A stretch of DNA of 64,000 nt from an uncultured Acidobacteriota bacterium (GCA_963772405.1 CAVYWT010000003.1:24911-88910), one strand, 5' to 3'. Counted from the stretch's first letter, positions 43,548 through 56,294 are shown. Numbers and translations are program-made. Notes: generated by a model from the letters alone, not told the origin.

Positions 43548-44537
43548 ATGCCTTCAAAAAGTGTACTTGTTACGGGTGGAGCCGGTTTCATCGGTTCGCA
43601 TTTGGTCGATCGTTTGCTCGCCGAGGGTGACTCGAACGTCACCGTCGTTGACGACTTGAATGACTTTTACTCGCCAGATATTAAGCGTGCGAACCTGGAA
43701 TCCGCTAAAACGAACCCGGCATTTGAATTTGTCGAGCTGGACATCCGCAATGGCGAAAAGCTCCGTGAAATTTTCGATCGGAAAGAATTCGACTGCATCG
43801 TCCACCTTGCAGCACGGGCAGGCGTCAGGCCTTCTTTATGTCAGCCTAAGTTGTACTGCGAAACGAATATCGATGGCACTTTGAATTTGTTGGAGCTTGC
43901 TCGAGATTTTGAAGTGAAACAATTTGTTTTTGGTTCATCAAGCTCAGTCTACGGGATCAATGCGAAAGTTCCGTTTGCGGAGGACGACCGGATCCACCAA
44001 CCGATCTCGCCTTATGCGTCGACGAAGGCGGCCGGGGAACTTCTTTGCCATACTTACTCGCATCTCTTCGACATTCGAACTGTTTGCCTGAGATTCTTTA
44101 CGGTTTACGGTGCGCGCCAGCGCCCCGATCTCGCGATACATAAATTTTCGCGGTTGATCACCGAAGGGACTCCGATCCAGATCTTCGGTGACGGGACGAC
44201 GCGTCGCGACTATACGTACATCGACGACATCATTCAGGGTGTTCGGGCGGCGATAGATTATGACGGGTCGATGCACGAGGTATTTAATCTCGGAGAATCC
44301 GAGACGACCGAGCTCACACGCCTTGTTGAACTGCTTGAAGAAAATCTCGGGATAAAAGCGGTAATCGATCGTCAGCCGATGCAACCCGGCGACGTGCCGA
44401 TCACATTCGCGGATATCTCAAAAGCTCAGCGACTTTTGCACTACGATCCTTCGACAAAAATCGAAGAGGGAATTCCAAAGTTTGTCGAGTGGTTTCGGGC
44501 GAGTAAAAGTTATGCGTTTACGGGTGATCAAGCCTGA
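43548..44537 (+). CDS. NAD-dependent epimerase/dehydratase (UDP-glucuronate 4-epimerase-like SDR)
   Basis: GGAGFIGSH Rossmann motif and YASTK catalytic motif; 329 aa. Confidence 0.85.
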   Translation: MPSKSVLVTGGAGFIGSHLVDRLLAEGDSNVTVVDDLNDFYSPDIKRANLESAKTNPAFEFVELDIRNGEKLREIFDRKEFDCIVHLAARAGVRPSLCQPKLYCETNIDGTLNLLELARDFEVKQFVFGSSSSVYGINAKVPFAEDDRIHQPISPYASTKAAGELLCHTYSHLFDIRTVCLRFFTVYGARQRPDLAIHKFSRLITEGTPIQIFGDGTTRRDYTYIDDIIQGVRAAIDYDGSMHEVFNLGESETTELTRLVELLEENLGIKAVIDRQPMQPGDVPITFADISKAQRLLHYDPSTKIEEGIPKFVEWFRASKSYAFTGDQA

Positions 44538-44590
44538 AGGCGTAACGCTTCCGTCAGATTCCGGAAATCGTTAATGCAGTTCAGCCGGCC

Positions 44591-45274
44591 TTACAACGCC
44601 CGGCACGTGTCGTTCCCCCAAGGTGTTGCGGTCGCTCGTTCGACGGCCGCCTTAAGATCCGAGTATCTCCAGTCATTGCGTTGAAGGATATTGCCATCCG
44701 CAAGCTCGATTCGATTGATCCGCACCTTTTCGTCGAAAAGGCCGTCCGTAGATTTCGCGAGACTTTTCCAATCTAAAGCGTCGCTCGGGCCCAGCAAACT
44801 AAAAACCGAGAGCTCTTTTCGTTCCCCGTGTTTCACCTTCACACCGCAGAGAAATTGCCGACGGACCACATTCGACGGGTTCGCAATCTCGGTAAATTTG
44901 TATTCCCAAAAAATTACATCGACCGTCTGACCGGTGTCGTTTCGCATCTCTGCGACGTACGTGTAACCGATTACATCGTCGGGTTGCGGTGCACGAGATT
45001 GCTGTACCGCGCGGTCCATGGCCGCACTGCGGCCTTCGATGCTGTCGTCATACGGATCGCGCGGATTGTCGGTCCGCTGTTCGCGCGCCTTGCGCTGGAA
45101 ATTTTTCTCGTCGGGATTTACCGGCCTTACCGGACCCGATGCCGCGATGATCGGTTTCGCCGCCGGTTTTACCGTCCGATACCATCGAGAACTCAGGACG
45201 GGAACCGGCTCTTGAGAAGAACTATAGGTCGGGACCAACACAACGAAAATCGCTAACTTTATGAAAACTTTCAT
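44591..45274 (-). CDS. Secreted hypothetical protein
   Basis: ORF with the signal peptide MKVFIKLAIFVVLVPTYSS and GGAGG upstream of the ATG at 45274. I recognise no family. Confidence 0.55.
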   Translation of the reverse strand: MKVFIKLAIFVVLVPTYSSSQEPVPVLSSRWYRTVKPAAKPIIAASGPVRPVNPDEKNFQRKAREQRTDNPRDPYDDSIEGRSAAMDRAVQQSRAPQPDDVIGYTYVAEMRNDTGQTVDVIFWEYKFTEIANPSNVVRRQFLCGVKVKHGERKELSVFSLLGPSDALDWKSLAKSTDGLFDEKVRINRIELADGNILQRNDWRYSDLKAAVERATATPWGNDTCRAL

Positions 45275-45603
45275 CCGGCCTCCGGTATTGATCACGCTTG
45301 CCGTCTTATTGCATCGCTCGATCCAAAGACACTTTCCTTACACGATCATCTTTTCCCTCAATTATAACCCCAGATCAAGAAACGCCTGCCGTCTTTATCT
45401 CGATAATTTCGTCGATAGCGATCCGCCTGCTTTCCGGAGATCGTTTGCACACCTGAGCCACAACTTTTCGGTTCTCGGATCGAAACATTGCTTGAACGCG
45501 CCGTTCGACCTACACTTGAGTTCGATCGGTTGTATCCTCCGGCCGAGGCTTCGGCTGCCTGACCTGCATATTGCGGCCAGCAGATCAGAATCGAACAAAG
45601 AAC

Positions 45604-46056
45604 ATGACCGAACGAACCGAATTTTCCGAAGTCACGGCAGGCGTACCGTCAGCATTGCGGATGTGGTTTGTGATCCATTTCGCGATCGACATGATCGTAG
45701 CGCTGCCGCTGTTCTTCGCACCGCGAGAGGTGCTTACACTACTTGGCTGGACGGCGGTCGATCCGCTTGCGACACGACTTGTTGCGGCCGCTTTCTTCGG
45801 CATCGGGCTCGAATCGCTGATGGGCCGAAACGCCGGCCGTGAGGCGTTCAAGGGCATGTTGCAGCTGAAATTGATCTGGTCGGCATTCGCCGCCGTCGGC
45901 CTTGCGTGGTCGGTCCTCGACGGCGGACTGAAATACCCATGGATCGGCTGGATGCTCGTCGGCACTTTCGTCGCCTTTCACGTACTGTGGTGGTACTGGT
46001 TGCTGCGATTACGGGGCGGTCCCGTCGGTGATGAGGGACGACCAAGCCGCGAATAA
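45604..46056 (+). CDS. Small hypothetical membrane protein (about 4 TM)
   Basis: Hydrophobic segments WFVIHFAIDMIVALPLFF, LVAAAFFGIGL, LIWSAFAAVGLAW and WMLVGTFVAFHVLWWYW. Confidence 0.55.
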   Translation: MTERTEFSEVTAGVPSALRMWFVIHFAIDMIVALPLFFAPREVLTLLGWTAVDPLATRLVAAAFFGIGLESLMGRNAGREAFKGMLQLKLIWSAFAAVGLAWSVLDGGLKYPWIGWMLVGTFVAFHVLWWYWLLRLRGGPVGDEGRPSRE

Positions 46057-46125
46057 AACTTGTTCGTGCGAATTTCTTTCGACCGCCATTCCTCACAAAT
46101 TGTGCGAACCGGTATTTATGCCGGA

Positions 46126-46155
46126 TTGACCTAATTCGAAAATAGAATTATTCTA
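46126..46155 (+). promoter_or_regulatory. Promoter (TTGACC - 17 nt - TATTCT) with an overlapping 6-1-6 palindrome TAGAATtATTCTA; candidate Fur/PerR operator
   Basis: The perfect inverted repeat at 46143-46155 overlaps the -10, 30 nt upstream of the fur-family ATG. Confidence 0.5.
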
Positions 46156-46184
46156 AATCAAATTTCTTGAGTAACAGGAACTTG

Positions 46185-46580
46185 ATGGAAGACATCGAAA
46201 GCTTAGGACTTACTAAGCAGAGACAGGCCATTCTCCAGGTGATCCGCGAAGCGGATGAGCATCTGACCGCGAATGAGGTCTTCGATGCCGCGCGCATTAT
46301 TCTTCCAAGCATCTCATTTGCCACTGTGTACAATTCTCTCCGCTACCTGAAAAACGAAGGGCTGATCGGAGAGGTTCGGTTCGGTGCAGATGTGACCCGC
46401 TACGACAGAAAGCTGACGCGCCACGACCACGCGATCTGCAACAACTGTGGAAAGCTTGTCGATTTCGAGCTAAGTGTTCCGAAAGGATTGCTTGAAAAGG
46501 CAGCGACCCTCTCGAAATTTGAAGCCGGATCTATTGAGCTTACTCTGCACGGTTTGTGTCCGGAGTGCGCTCACGCATGA
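46185..46580 (+). CDS. Fur-family transcriptional regulator (PerR/FurA-like), located upstream of katG
   Basis: Winged-helix N-terminus QRQAILQVIREADEHLTANEV, HDHAIC, and two CxxC pairs (CNNCGK, CPEC). The gene order is fur-katG. Confidence 0.85.
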   Translation: MEDIESLGLTKQRQAILQVIREADEHLTANEVFDAARIILPSISFATVYNSLRYLKNEGLIGEVRFGADVTRYDRKLTRHDHAICNNCGKLVDFELSVPKGLLEKAATLSKFEAGSIELTLHGLCPECAHA

Positions 46581-48911
<2,331 letters not shown>

Positions 48912-48913
48912 CC

Positions 48914-48964
48914 GTCGCGGCGTGGAATAAGGTGATGAACCTGGATAGGTTTGACATCGCTTGA
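48914..48964 (+). repeat. 51-nt second copy of the katG 3' end (last 16 codons plus stop)
   Basis: Positions 48861-48911 and 48914-48964 differ at 4 of 51 positions. Both copies translate to [16 protein letters not shown]. Confidence 0.9.
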
Positions 48965-48982
48965 TCGACGCGGCTTGCCGCT

Positions 48983-49115
48983 CTATTTGCGGCGAAGCTT
49001 GCTTCGCCGGTGAAGCGAAAGAATGATGCGGCTATGCCGCCGATTAGAGTCGGCGGCATAGCCGCATATGTGTGTTAGGCACTAGCGCGGAAAAGCGAAG
49101 CTTTTCCGCAAATAG
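48983..49115. repeat. Compound palindromic element: two inverted hairpin units flanking a perfect 18-bp hairpin
   Basis: Left unit: ctatttgcgg + ggcgaagc/gcttcgcc. Centre: atgcggctatgccgccga / tcggcggcatagccgcat (49026-49067). Right unit: gcggaaaagc/gcttttccgc + aaatag. Confidence 0.8.
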
Positions 49116-49212
49116 ATGGGCAGAGCCCCGATAGGGGCAGCCCCCCGTTGGACCGAACAAATGCCCTTGCAAGCTCTCGCTCTAGGTGTAGGTCACAATT
49201 CTCCAATGTCAT

Positions 49213-50148
49213 TCATGGACGCTGCCGCGCCAAAAATTCGGTGACAGCCGCGTTGAATGCGGCAGGATTTTCCCGTGCGGATCCGTGTCCCGCGTCCGGG
49301 ATGGTGACGCGTCTCGCCTTTGGCAGTAGGCGTGCAAGCTCGTTGTTATCGAACTGGTGCAGCTCGATGGTATGAGCGCCTTCGATGATAAGTATCGGCA
49401 TCTTGATGTTCGCGACTTTCTTTTTTGAGAGGGCGGGAAATGGATCTGCAGCCGCCGTCGCCATCTTGAAGAATCGAGCATTCTGTATTGCCGTCTCGCG
49501 CCCTTTTGCCGGCATCGCGTCGAACGTGCCCGGCCCACCAAAACCATCTACAAGGAACCGCATTGCACCCGTTTCATCGGAATTGCGAAACGCAATAGCT
49601 GCGGGATGCCAGATCGTCCTAAGGAAATTGTCGTAGAGCAGTCTCCCTCGATCATCGTTCCTGGCCCAGGCATGTATCGGCGGCTCAGCAACCGCGAGTG
49701 TTATAACCATCCTCGGATTTTGAATCGAAAAGATGAGTGCTGTAGTGGCTCCTATGGATGTGCCGACCAGGTGAACACGCTTAATGCCTAAATAGTCGAC
49801 AAATTTTTTAAGATCATCGGCTTCGCTATAGCCCGGTTTGTACTTTGGGTCGACGGGATTTTCGTTCGGATAATTATATCGGCGGCTGTAGCTGATGACG
49901 CGGTACTTTTTTGAGAGTAACTCCATCTGTGGGCCCCACGAACGATAATCGCCCTGGCCACCATGCAGAAGAATCAACGGCTCACCCACGCCTTTTTCAA
50001 TGTAGGCCATCTCGATGCCGTCTATTTTGATCTTCGTCGGCACCTGCTGCTGCCCCGAAACCAGACTCGAAAGCAGCACGAGCAGCGTAACAGCACCCAG
50101 AAGTTTAGAAAGCTTTTTCTTCTCGTTCGAGAGATCGATCTTCGTCAT
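49213..50148 (-). CDS. Alpha/beta hydrolase
   Basis: HG motif LILLHGGQGDYRSW, nucleophile elbow VGTSIGA, a C-terminal DAGH motif and a signal-like N-terminus. Confidence 0.8.
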   Translation of the reverse strand: MTKIDLSNEKKKLSKLLGAVTLLVLLSSLVSGQQQVPTKIKIDGIEMAYIEKGVGEPLILLHGGQGDYRSWGPQMELLSKKYRVISYSRRYNYPNENPVDPKYKPGYSEADDLKKFVDYLGIKRVHLVGTSIGATTALIFSIQNPRMVITLAVAEPPIHAWARNDDRGRLLYDNFLRTIWHPAAIAFRNSDETGAMRFLVDGFGGPGTFDAMPAKGRETAIQNARFFKMATAAADPFPALSKKKVANIKMPILIIEGAHTIELHQFDNNELARLLPKARRVTIPDAGHGSARENPAAFNAAVTEFLARQRP

Positions 50149-50190
50149 AACGCAAAGGGGCGTAGTACCGTCGTGCCTTGCATAGGCAGC

Positions 50191-51564
50191 CTAGGCGGGC
50201 ACGATGTTCTGATTGAGATGAAAGAAATTGTCCGGGTCGAACCTTGTTTTTAGTTCTCTCAGGCGCGCGTAGTTGCTTCCGTATGCGGCCGCTGCTGCCT
50301 CGAGCGGTTCGTCGTCGCCGAGATAATTGACATACCGGTTCTCGCCCATAAAGGGTTTCATGGCCTGGTCTGTTTCCCGCGCCCAGCCAATACAAAGATC
50401 GTTGTCGCTCGTCTCCAACCATTGTGAGAGTGCGAGAAAATTAAATGCTTCGGATCTGTGGGGAACGGCGGTTTCGCTGATGGGAATCTGGGTTACACGG
50501 CCATGAAAGTGCTCGAGTAATACCTGTCCGAGCGGTGCGGGACACTTTGAGAATGCGTTCACCATCGTGTCGATCGCATCGTCACTGAGCTGGGTGAGAA
50601 AGTTGGATTTCCAATAATTTAGTGCACCCTTAGGAAATGCGTCGTCCATCAGCGTGTTCAGCTGGCAATAGCCGATCGGACCGATGGTATCCATTAGAGG
50701 GCTTCCCCACGATCGTACCCGACGAACGGCGGCGCTGTTCTCACCTTCGGAACCGAAGTTTGATATCGCGATGACTGCTATCTTGGTTCCCGAGCCGTCC
50801 GGTGCATGCATCAGCCCCGCGATCGCCGTTTCGTCGTCTGAGACCATCGCCGTTACTTCGCGAAAGAAGCGCAAGAGCTCGCCCGCTTTTTCAATAGGAT
50901 GCGCCACAAGGCCGCCAATGACAACGGGCCCTAACGGGTGCAACCGGAATTCGAACGATGACACGATTCCAAAATTGGCCCCCGCTCCTCTCACAGCCCA
51001 GAAGAGGTCCGGCTCATCTTTCTCGCTGGCGCGGAGGACGCTGGCATCCGCCGTAACGATGTCGACCGCGACCAGATTGTCTGCCGCCAGTCCGAACTTA
51101 CTGGTTATCCACCCAAAGCCGCCGCCAAGAGTGAGACCGGCTATTCCGGTCGTCGAGACAAATCCGCCGGGCGTCGCGAGGCCGTGAAGCTGTGTCTCCC
51201 GGTTAAAATCGGCCCACAATGCCCCGGGCTGTGCCGTCGCTGTCCGGGCGGCAACGTCGACATGAACGCCGCGCATCAGTGAGAGGTCGATCATCAGTCC
51301 GTCCTCAACCGTGGCTCTGCCCGACACGTTATGGGCTCCGGCGCGAATCGCCGTATTCAGACCCAGTTCACGTCCAAACCGCACGGCGTCAACGATATCT
51401 GCCGTGCCGCGGCACCTGGCTATCACAGCCGGTCGCTTGTCTATCAGTCCGTTGTGCACTCGGCGGGCTTCGTCATATCCCGGATCACCGGGAAGAATTA
51501 CCTCGCCCAAAAAGTGATTCTTAATGGTAGTAACCGCGTCTGCGAATTGCTTGTTGCGGGTCAT
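50191..51564 (-). CDS. FAD-binding oxidoreductase (FAD_binding_4 with a BBE-like C-terminus)
   Basis: RCRGTADIVDAVRF..IRAGAHNVSG and the C-terminal DPDNFFHLNQNI. ATG at 51564 with GGAGG upstream. Confidence 0.85.
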   Translation of the reverse strand: MTRNKQFADAVTTIKNHFLGEVILPGDPGYDEARRVHNGLIDKRPAVIARCRGTADIVDAVRFGRELGLNTAIRAGAHNVSGRATVEDGLMIDLSLMRGVHVDVAARTATAQPGALWADFNRETQLHGLATPGGFVSTTGIAGLTLGGGFGWITSKFGLAADNLVAVDIVTADASVLRASEKDEPDLFWAVRGAGANFGIVSSFEFRLHPLGPVVIGGLVAHPIEKAGELLRFFREVTAMVSDDETAIAGLMHAPDGSGTKIAVIAISNFGSEGENSAAVRRVRSWGSPLMDTIGPIGYCQLNTLMDDAFPKGALNYWKSNFLTQLSDDAIDTMVNAFSKCPAPLGQVLLEHFHGRVTQIPISETAVPHRSEAFNFLALSQWLETSDNDLCIGWARETDQAMKPFMGENRYVNYLGDDEPLEAAAAAYGSNYARLRELKTRFDPDNFFHLNQNIVPA

Positions 51565-51691
51565 TTTATTTCCCCTACCTCCCCTCTGTTGATCGACGGT
51601 CACGATGTTCGAAAGAGTGGGCCCAACCCGCGGCGGGCTGGGCCCTGTCAAACAGTCATCACATCTCAAAATTCTTGTATGACCGCATAGG

Positions 51692-53155
51692 CTAATTTAC
51701 ACGGGAGGACATTTGCGATTCTATCCGTGAATTGACGATCGCGAAACCCGGGTTATGAAGCGAGTTCCAGTGAGTGACCTTCGACCGCAGATCGGCTGCT
51801 GTTGTCTTGTCGCCGGCACGTTCAAGGGCCAGAGCCTTGTAGTACCAGACGTACGGATCAGCGGGGTTGGCTTTTGAGAAAGATTCGACTGCCTTGGAAA
51901 AGTTTTCCTGGGCGAGTGCCAGATGGCCTTCTAACTCGTTGTAGGTTCTTTCCCGGTTTACATTTTTCCGAGCTTCCACATCGTGCCTGATCTTTTCAAG
52001 CTCCGCTTTCGCGGCGTCAAACTGCTTCCTGGCGATAAGAAGTCTCGTATTGGAAACCATACCTGCAAAAATTCTGTTTGCGTGGGATGCCGCGGGCAGT
52101 GAAGGATCCTTTCGGTATTCGTCGGCCTTTGCAAAGCTCTTCGCCGCCTTATCGAGCCGTCCAGCCTCAAGCTGGATAAATCCCGCGAGATCATGGATTC
52201 CGATCAAAGAACCAGCATCGTCGTTGAGCATAGCGGCCGCCTGGCGACGCTTGTTGGTTTCGATTGCTTTATCGATGTCTCGTTCGGCGATGTACGAATT
52301 GATCATCGCCACGAGGGCGAGGTCACGTCCGTTATCATCCGGAGCCTCGAAATACATCGTCTTATACGTGTCGCGGGCTTTGGAATAGTCGCCCTTATAC
52401 ACATAGTTGTTGCCGATGCCCCTGTAAGAATTGAAAAACTTCGAGTCGACTGAAAGCGCTTTCTTGTACTCCGCGATCGATTCGTCATACTTACCCGACT
52501 TCATCAGCAATTCGGCATACGAATCGTACGGGTTCGGGTTATTCGGGATCAGGTTGATGTAATTCTTGAATGCCGCCTCGGCGTCCGGGAATTTCTCCAG
52601 ACTCATATAGGCGTAGCCAATATTGTTGTAAGCCGGCGCGTATTTCGGATCAAGCTTTACCGACTCCTTGAAGTACCGCAGAGCATCCTGGTTGTCGCCC
52701 AGGTTTCGATAGTAAAACCCCATCTGCGTTTGGACACGTTTGTCTCCCGGGTGCAGCGCGATGAGCTTATCTAAATGCTGTTTCCAGCCGACAGTGTTGC
52801 CGTTTACGTTGTCGTTCACAGCAAGTATCCACTCGCGTTCACCAGGGGAAACTTTGTCGGCGAGCGAGACAGCCTTTGCAAGATTCTTGCGAAACTCCGG
52901 GTTCGTTCTGCCGGCAAAAAGGTATGCCATTGCGAAATTTGGATCCTTTTCGGTCGCCTTCTCGAAGAGCATTCCGGGATCTTCCAGGTTTTCGATCTTT
53001 TCCCGGCCCGCGACAAATAGCGAGTAAGCATCTTTTGTCGCAGTTATCGGCATTAGATCGTTCTGAGCGAACAAGTTCGGCGCGGAAACGACGATCATTA
53101 TAAATACGGTTAGTAACGAAGCACGCGCAAAACTGTGCTCATGGTCAATATACAT
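51692..53155 (-). CDS. Secreted TPR-repeat protein
   Basis: Multiple 34-aa TPR-like units (AYNNIGYAY, YRGIGNNYVYKGDY and others). GGAGG sits 5 nt upstream of the ATG at 53155. Confidence 0.75.
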   Translation of the reverse strand: MYIDHEHSFARASLLTVFIMIVVSAPNLFAQNDLMPITATKDAYSLFVAGREKIENLEDPGMLFEKATEKDPNFAMAYLFAGRTNPEFRKNLAKAVSLADKVSPGEREWILAVNDNVNGNTVGWKQHLDKLIALHPGDKRVQTQMGFYYRNLGDNQDALRYFKESVKLDPKYAPAYNNIGYAYMSLEKFPDAEAAFKNYINLIPNNPNPYDSYAELLMKSGKYDESIAEYKKALSVDSKFFNSYRGIGNNYVYKGDYSKARDTYKTMYFEAPDDNGRDLALVAMINSYIAERDIDKAIETNKRRQAAAMLNDDAGSLIGIHDLAGFIQLEAGRLDKAAKSFAKADEYRKDPSLPAASHANRIFAGMVSNTRLLIARKQFDAAKAELEKIRHDVEARKNVNRERTYNELEGHLALAQENFSKAVESFSKANPADPYVWYYKALALERAGDKTTAADLRSKVTHWNSLHNPGFAIVNSRIESQMSSRVN

Positions 53156-53343
53156 TTTCACCTCCTACGGTTAATTAATAGCGAATCCGAGCGCGTCCGG
53201 TTAATTCCGGAGCACTCGGAGTGAAAGAGTTCAAAAATTGTTTTTGATTCGCAAGAATTATATCACGCGGAGGCGGATCAGCCTAAAGTGGGCTATAGAC
53301 AAGGAAGATGTGTAGCTTCTCCTACGCCGATCACTATGCAGGC

Positions 53344-53916
53344 CTAGGACGAAATTCGGTCAACCCAAGACTCGAACTGTGAGAGGAACTCACTGAGGAA
53401 CTTTTCTGTATTTTCCGACAGCGTCCCGTCATCACCGAAGAGTTTTGTGACGCCTCCGATATAGGCTTCGTGAGGAAGCATCGGAACATTAAGAAAGACC
53501 ATCGATTGCCGCACCACGTGGTTCGCGCCGAAGCCTCCGATCGCACCCGGCGAGACGCTCACAACCGCACCGGACATACCTTGCCAAACACTTTTGCCGT
53601 ACGGACGCGATCCGACATCGATCGAATTCTTGAGGACGCCGGGTAGGGTGCGATTGTATTCGGGCGTCACAAAGATCACTCCATCGCACGCGGCGATCGC
53701 GGCGCGGAAATCCGTCCAAGCCTTTGGCGGAGTCTCCGTCTCGAGGTCTTCGTTGTAGTGCGGCATGTCCCCGATCCCGACGATCTCGAGTTTCAGTCCG
53801 TCCGGTGCGATGCGGATCAATTCGTTGGCGATCTTGCGATTCCAGGATTCTTTACGCAGGCTTCCGACGATAACGGCGATCTTTTTTTGAGTAATGATGG
53901 TTTTAGTTAATATCAA
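53344..53916 (-). CDS. NADPH-dependent FMN reductase family protein
   Basis: KKIAVIVGSLRKESWNRKIA .. FVTPEYNRTLPGVLKNSID, typical of this flavin reductase family. Confidence 0.85.
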   Translation of the reverse strand: MILTKTIITQKKIAVIVGSLRKESWNRKIANELIRIAPDGLKLEIVGIGDMPHYNEDLETETPPKAWTDFRAAIAACDGVIFVTPEYNRTLPGVLKNSIDVGSRPYGKSVWQGMSGAVVSVSPGAIGGFGANHVVRQSMVFLNVPMLPHEAYIGGVTKLFGDDGTLSENTEKFLSEFLSQFESWVDRISS

Positions 53917-53944
53917 GTGGTCAGATTCTCCGGTTGCCCCGTCT

Positions 53945-54991
53945 TCAGTTCATCGTTCTGATCTGTTCGGGCGTCAGCCTCAAAAATCTTGCCGCGTTGT
54001 TGAATAAAATGTCTCGCTTTTGTTCCTTAGTCAAAAACGTCGCGTTGTTAATTCTGCCAATTGCAAAACCGATCGTTCCAGGCCAGTTCATGTTATCGGA
54101 GCCAAACATTATTCTCTTTCCGAACCCTGCACTCACGAGCCGTTCCAAATAAAAGTAAAACTCCTTCTCCGGAATGGCGTAGCTGATAATGCCGAGGTCC
54201 ACATGCAGTTGAGGATGTGCGTACAAGGAGGCGAGCATATCGTCCAGCATCGGCCAACCCGCGTGCATGGCATAGACGCGCAGCTTCGGATGCTTCACTA
54301 AAGCTTCTTCTAATCCTAATGCGCTATGCAGCGATGCTCTGTAATTGTTGGCGCCCAAATAGACAACCCCCGGAGGTCCGGGGCCGACATGGATGCCGAC
54401 AGGGATGTCTAACTGCTCAGCCATTTTAAGGTATGGTTCAAACTTTGGATCGCTTGGCGAATAGCCTTCGTACTGGATCGTCACCTCACCAAAAACCTTA
54501 AATTCCCCTGATCGAAAAAGTTTGGTCAACGCGTCAATATCCAAGCCGCTTTTTTCTGCCGCGTCAAAATCCCAAAGCACCGCATTGATAATTCTTTTCG
54601 GGTTTTCGGAATGCCATCTTCTCACCATTTCAGGTTTGCCGCTGGTAACTCCGTAGACGTTGTTGTCCTCGAGCGCCTTTAACGTTTGAGTTCGCAGCAA
54701 GTCATCGGTGAGGGGCGATGACGTCGTATTTTTTGCCAGACTCCCGCTTTTCATTGCTTGCACAAAGGTGGAACCGTAATTATCGTTCGGATCGTGAGCA
54801 CCCCAACTGTCAAACGGAAGCCCCATTTTCATCGGCGGAGGTCCCTGGTCGTTTGCCCCGCTTGCGTGCAGATGCATATCAATGACAGGTAGCGGCCTTT
54901 TCGATCGTGCTCTTTTTACCTGTGGTGAAACGGACAAACTCGATAGAAGAAGGCCGGATACGAATATTCCGAGAATGGTTAGTTTTTTCAT
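53945..54991 (-). CDS. Amidohydrolase-family metal-dependent hydrolase, secreted
   Basis: Signal peptide MKKLTILGIFVSGLLLSS, VIDMHLHA metal-binding motif, and C-terminal MFGSD. The ORF track start at 55147 is probably too far upstream. Confidence 0.75.
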   Translation of the reverse strand: MKKLTILGIFVSGLLLSSLSVSPQVKRARSKRPLPVIDMHLHASGANDQGPPPMKMGLPFDSWGAHDPNDNYGSTFVQAMKSGSLAKNTTSSPLTDDLLRTQTLKALEDNNVYGVTSGKPEMVRRWHSENPKRIINAVLWDFDAAEKSGLDIDALTKLFRSGEFKVFGEVTIQYEGYSPSDPKFEPYLKMAEQLDIPVGIHVGPGPPGVVYLGANNYRASLHSALGLEEALVKHPKLRVYAMHAGWPMLDDMLASLYAHPQLHVDLGIISYAIPEKEFYFYLERLVSAGFGKRIMFGSDNMNWPGTIGFAIGRINNATFLTKEQKRDILFNNAARFLRLTPEQIRTMN

Positions 54992-55143
54992 CTGGATATA
55001 GCCTTTCAAGAAAATAATGATCGCGCCGGTAACCGGGCTCCCGGTTTCAAGTCGGCCCTGGTGCCGTGATAGAACGTTCGTCAGGTGAGGACTGAATACG
55101 AATATGGCAATCTTGTATCGCTCATCGGTCTCGTCACTTTCGG

Positions 55144-55614
55144 TCATATCTTACCCCCGGCAGATGTCTCAAAGAAATGCTTCAACGCTCTCAAGCGTTT
55201 TTGAGTTTCCCAAACAAAAATGGCCCGCATAAGCGGATTTAGGATGGGGCGCAGCCAAGCCGGTCGAGCCGAGAAATTCACTTTATAAATTACTTCCGAA
55301 TGACCGTCGTCGATCTTTGAATGCCGTATGCTTGCGGCAAAAGCATCGAAGAACGGCGGTTGATTCAGCATTTTTACGGCAGCGATCCGGCCCGGATCAA
55401 ACGACACGTATTGTGTGCGCAAAGCGAAGATCCCCAACACGGCCTTTCCTCGACAAACGGAAATCGCGCCCAGACACGCTTCGGTGAATTCAGGTTCGAG
55501 ATATGCTTCTTTCAATAGTGTGTCCCACTCAAGCCTCCGTCGATAATTATGGATCAACGCGAACACAGACTCGGCCGGAGCAGGGATAATTTCTCTTATT
55601 TCGGTCGTTGACAT
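55144..55614 (-). CDS. SRPBCC (START/polyketide-cyclase-like) family protein
   Basis: 156 aa with the N-terminal pattern I.APAESVFALIHNYRRRLEWD. The assignment rests on pattern only. Confidence 0.55.
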   Translation of the reverse strand: MSTTEIREIIPAPAESVFALIHNYRRRLEWDTLLKEAYLEPEFTEACLGAISVCRGKAVLGIFALRTQYVSFDPGRIAAVKMLNQPPFFDAFAASIRHSKIDDGHSEVIYKVNFSARPAWLRPILNPLMRAIFVWETQKRLRALKHFFETSAGGKI

Positions 55615-55722
55615 TAAAAAGCTGCGGCTCGTACGTGCGATCGGACTTAGTTAGATCAACCCGGAAACTTTCTTGTCCGTGACCTTCGTCAGTTCGGCCA
55701 TCAGTCTTGCATGAAAAGCCTG

Positions 55723-56079
55723 TCATATCGAAATGCGTAGGATCTTTTCCATCTTTTTACCCTTTGCGAGTTCGTCGATCAGCTTGTCCATGTACCGGAT
55801 CTTTTGCATCAACGGGTCCTCGATGTCTTCCACGCGAATCCCGCAGACGACACCTTTGATCAACGAAGCATTAGGATTGAGCTTCGGCGCCTTCTCGAAA
55901 AATTCGCGAAAGCTGGTCCGCTTGTCGATCTGTTTTGCGAGACCGGCTTTCGTGTACCCGGTCAGCCAGCGAATGACTTCGTCTACGTCTTCCTTCGTGC
56001 GGCCTTTCTTTTCGGCTTTGGTCACGTAGTGCGGATAGACACTCGCAAAGCTCATCGCGAAAACTCTTTCGTTTGCCAT
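55723..56079 (-). CDS. DUF2200-like small protein
   Basis: [36 protein letters not shown] matches my memory of DUF2200 family proteins. Confidence 0.6.
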   Translation of the reverse strand: MANERVFAMSFASVYPHYVTKAEKKGRTKEDVDEVIRWLTGYTKAGLAKQIDKRTSFREFFEKAPKLNPNASLIKGVVCGIRVEDIEDPLMQKIRYMDKLIDELAKGKKMEKILRISI

Positions 56080-56294
56080 TACAAATTGAAGCCCCTCCTA
56101 TTCGTCGAGTATAACGCTCCGGGCGACCAACGTTTTGGTTGAGTCGCGGAGTAAAAAACGCAGGAACCGCTCAGTTCAAATCCGTCCGATCCTGATTAAC
56201 TGTGCTTTACCTATCACTTAACCCTCGCGGCACGTTAGGTGCACTAGTACTTTACGCGGAACGGCGAATGGCTCGTCCGCAAGAGAGGACGGAT

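Noticed and set aside
45261-45842. 193-aa plus-strand ORF spanning the 45.3-45.6 kb spacer, and the 67-aa minus-strand ORF 45395..45598
   Set aside because: Both have Arg/Ser/Pro-rich low-complexity translations and no start context. The 193-aa ORF also runs out of frame through the better-supported membrane-protein gene that starts at 45604.
56160-56190. tRNA-like T-loop (cagTTCAAATCCgtc) in the 56.1-kb spacer
   Set aside because: The flanking bases do not form a T-stem, and no acceptor or anticodon arms can be drawn. I found no other tRNA-like sequence in the window.
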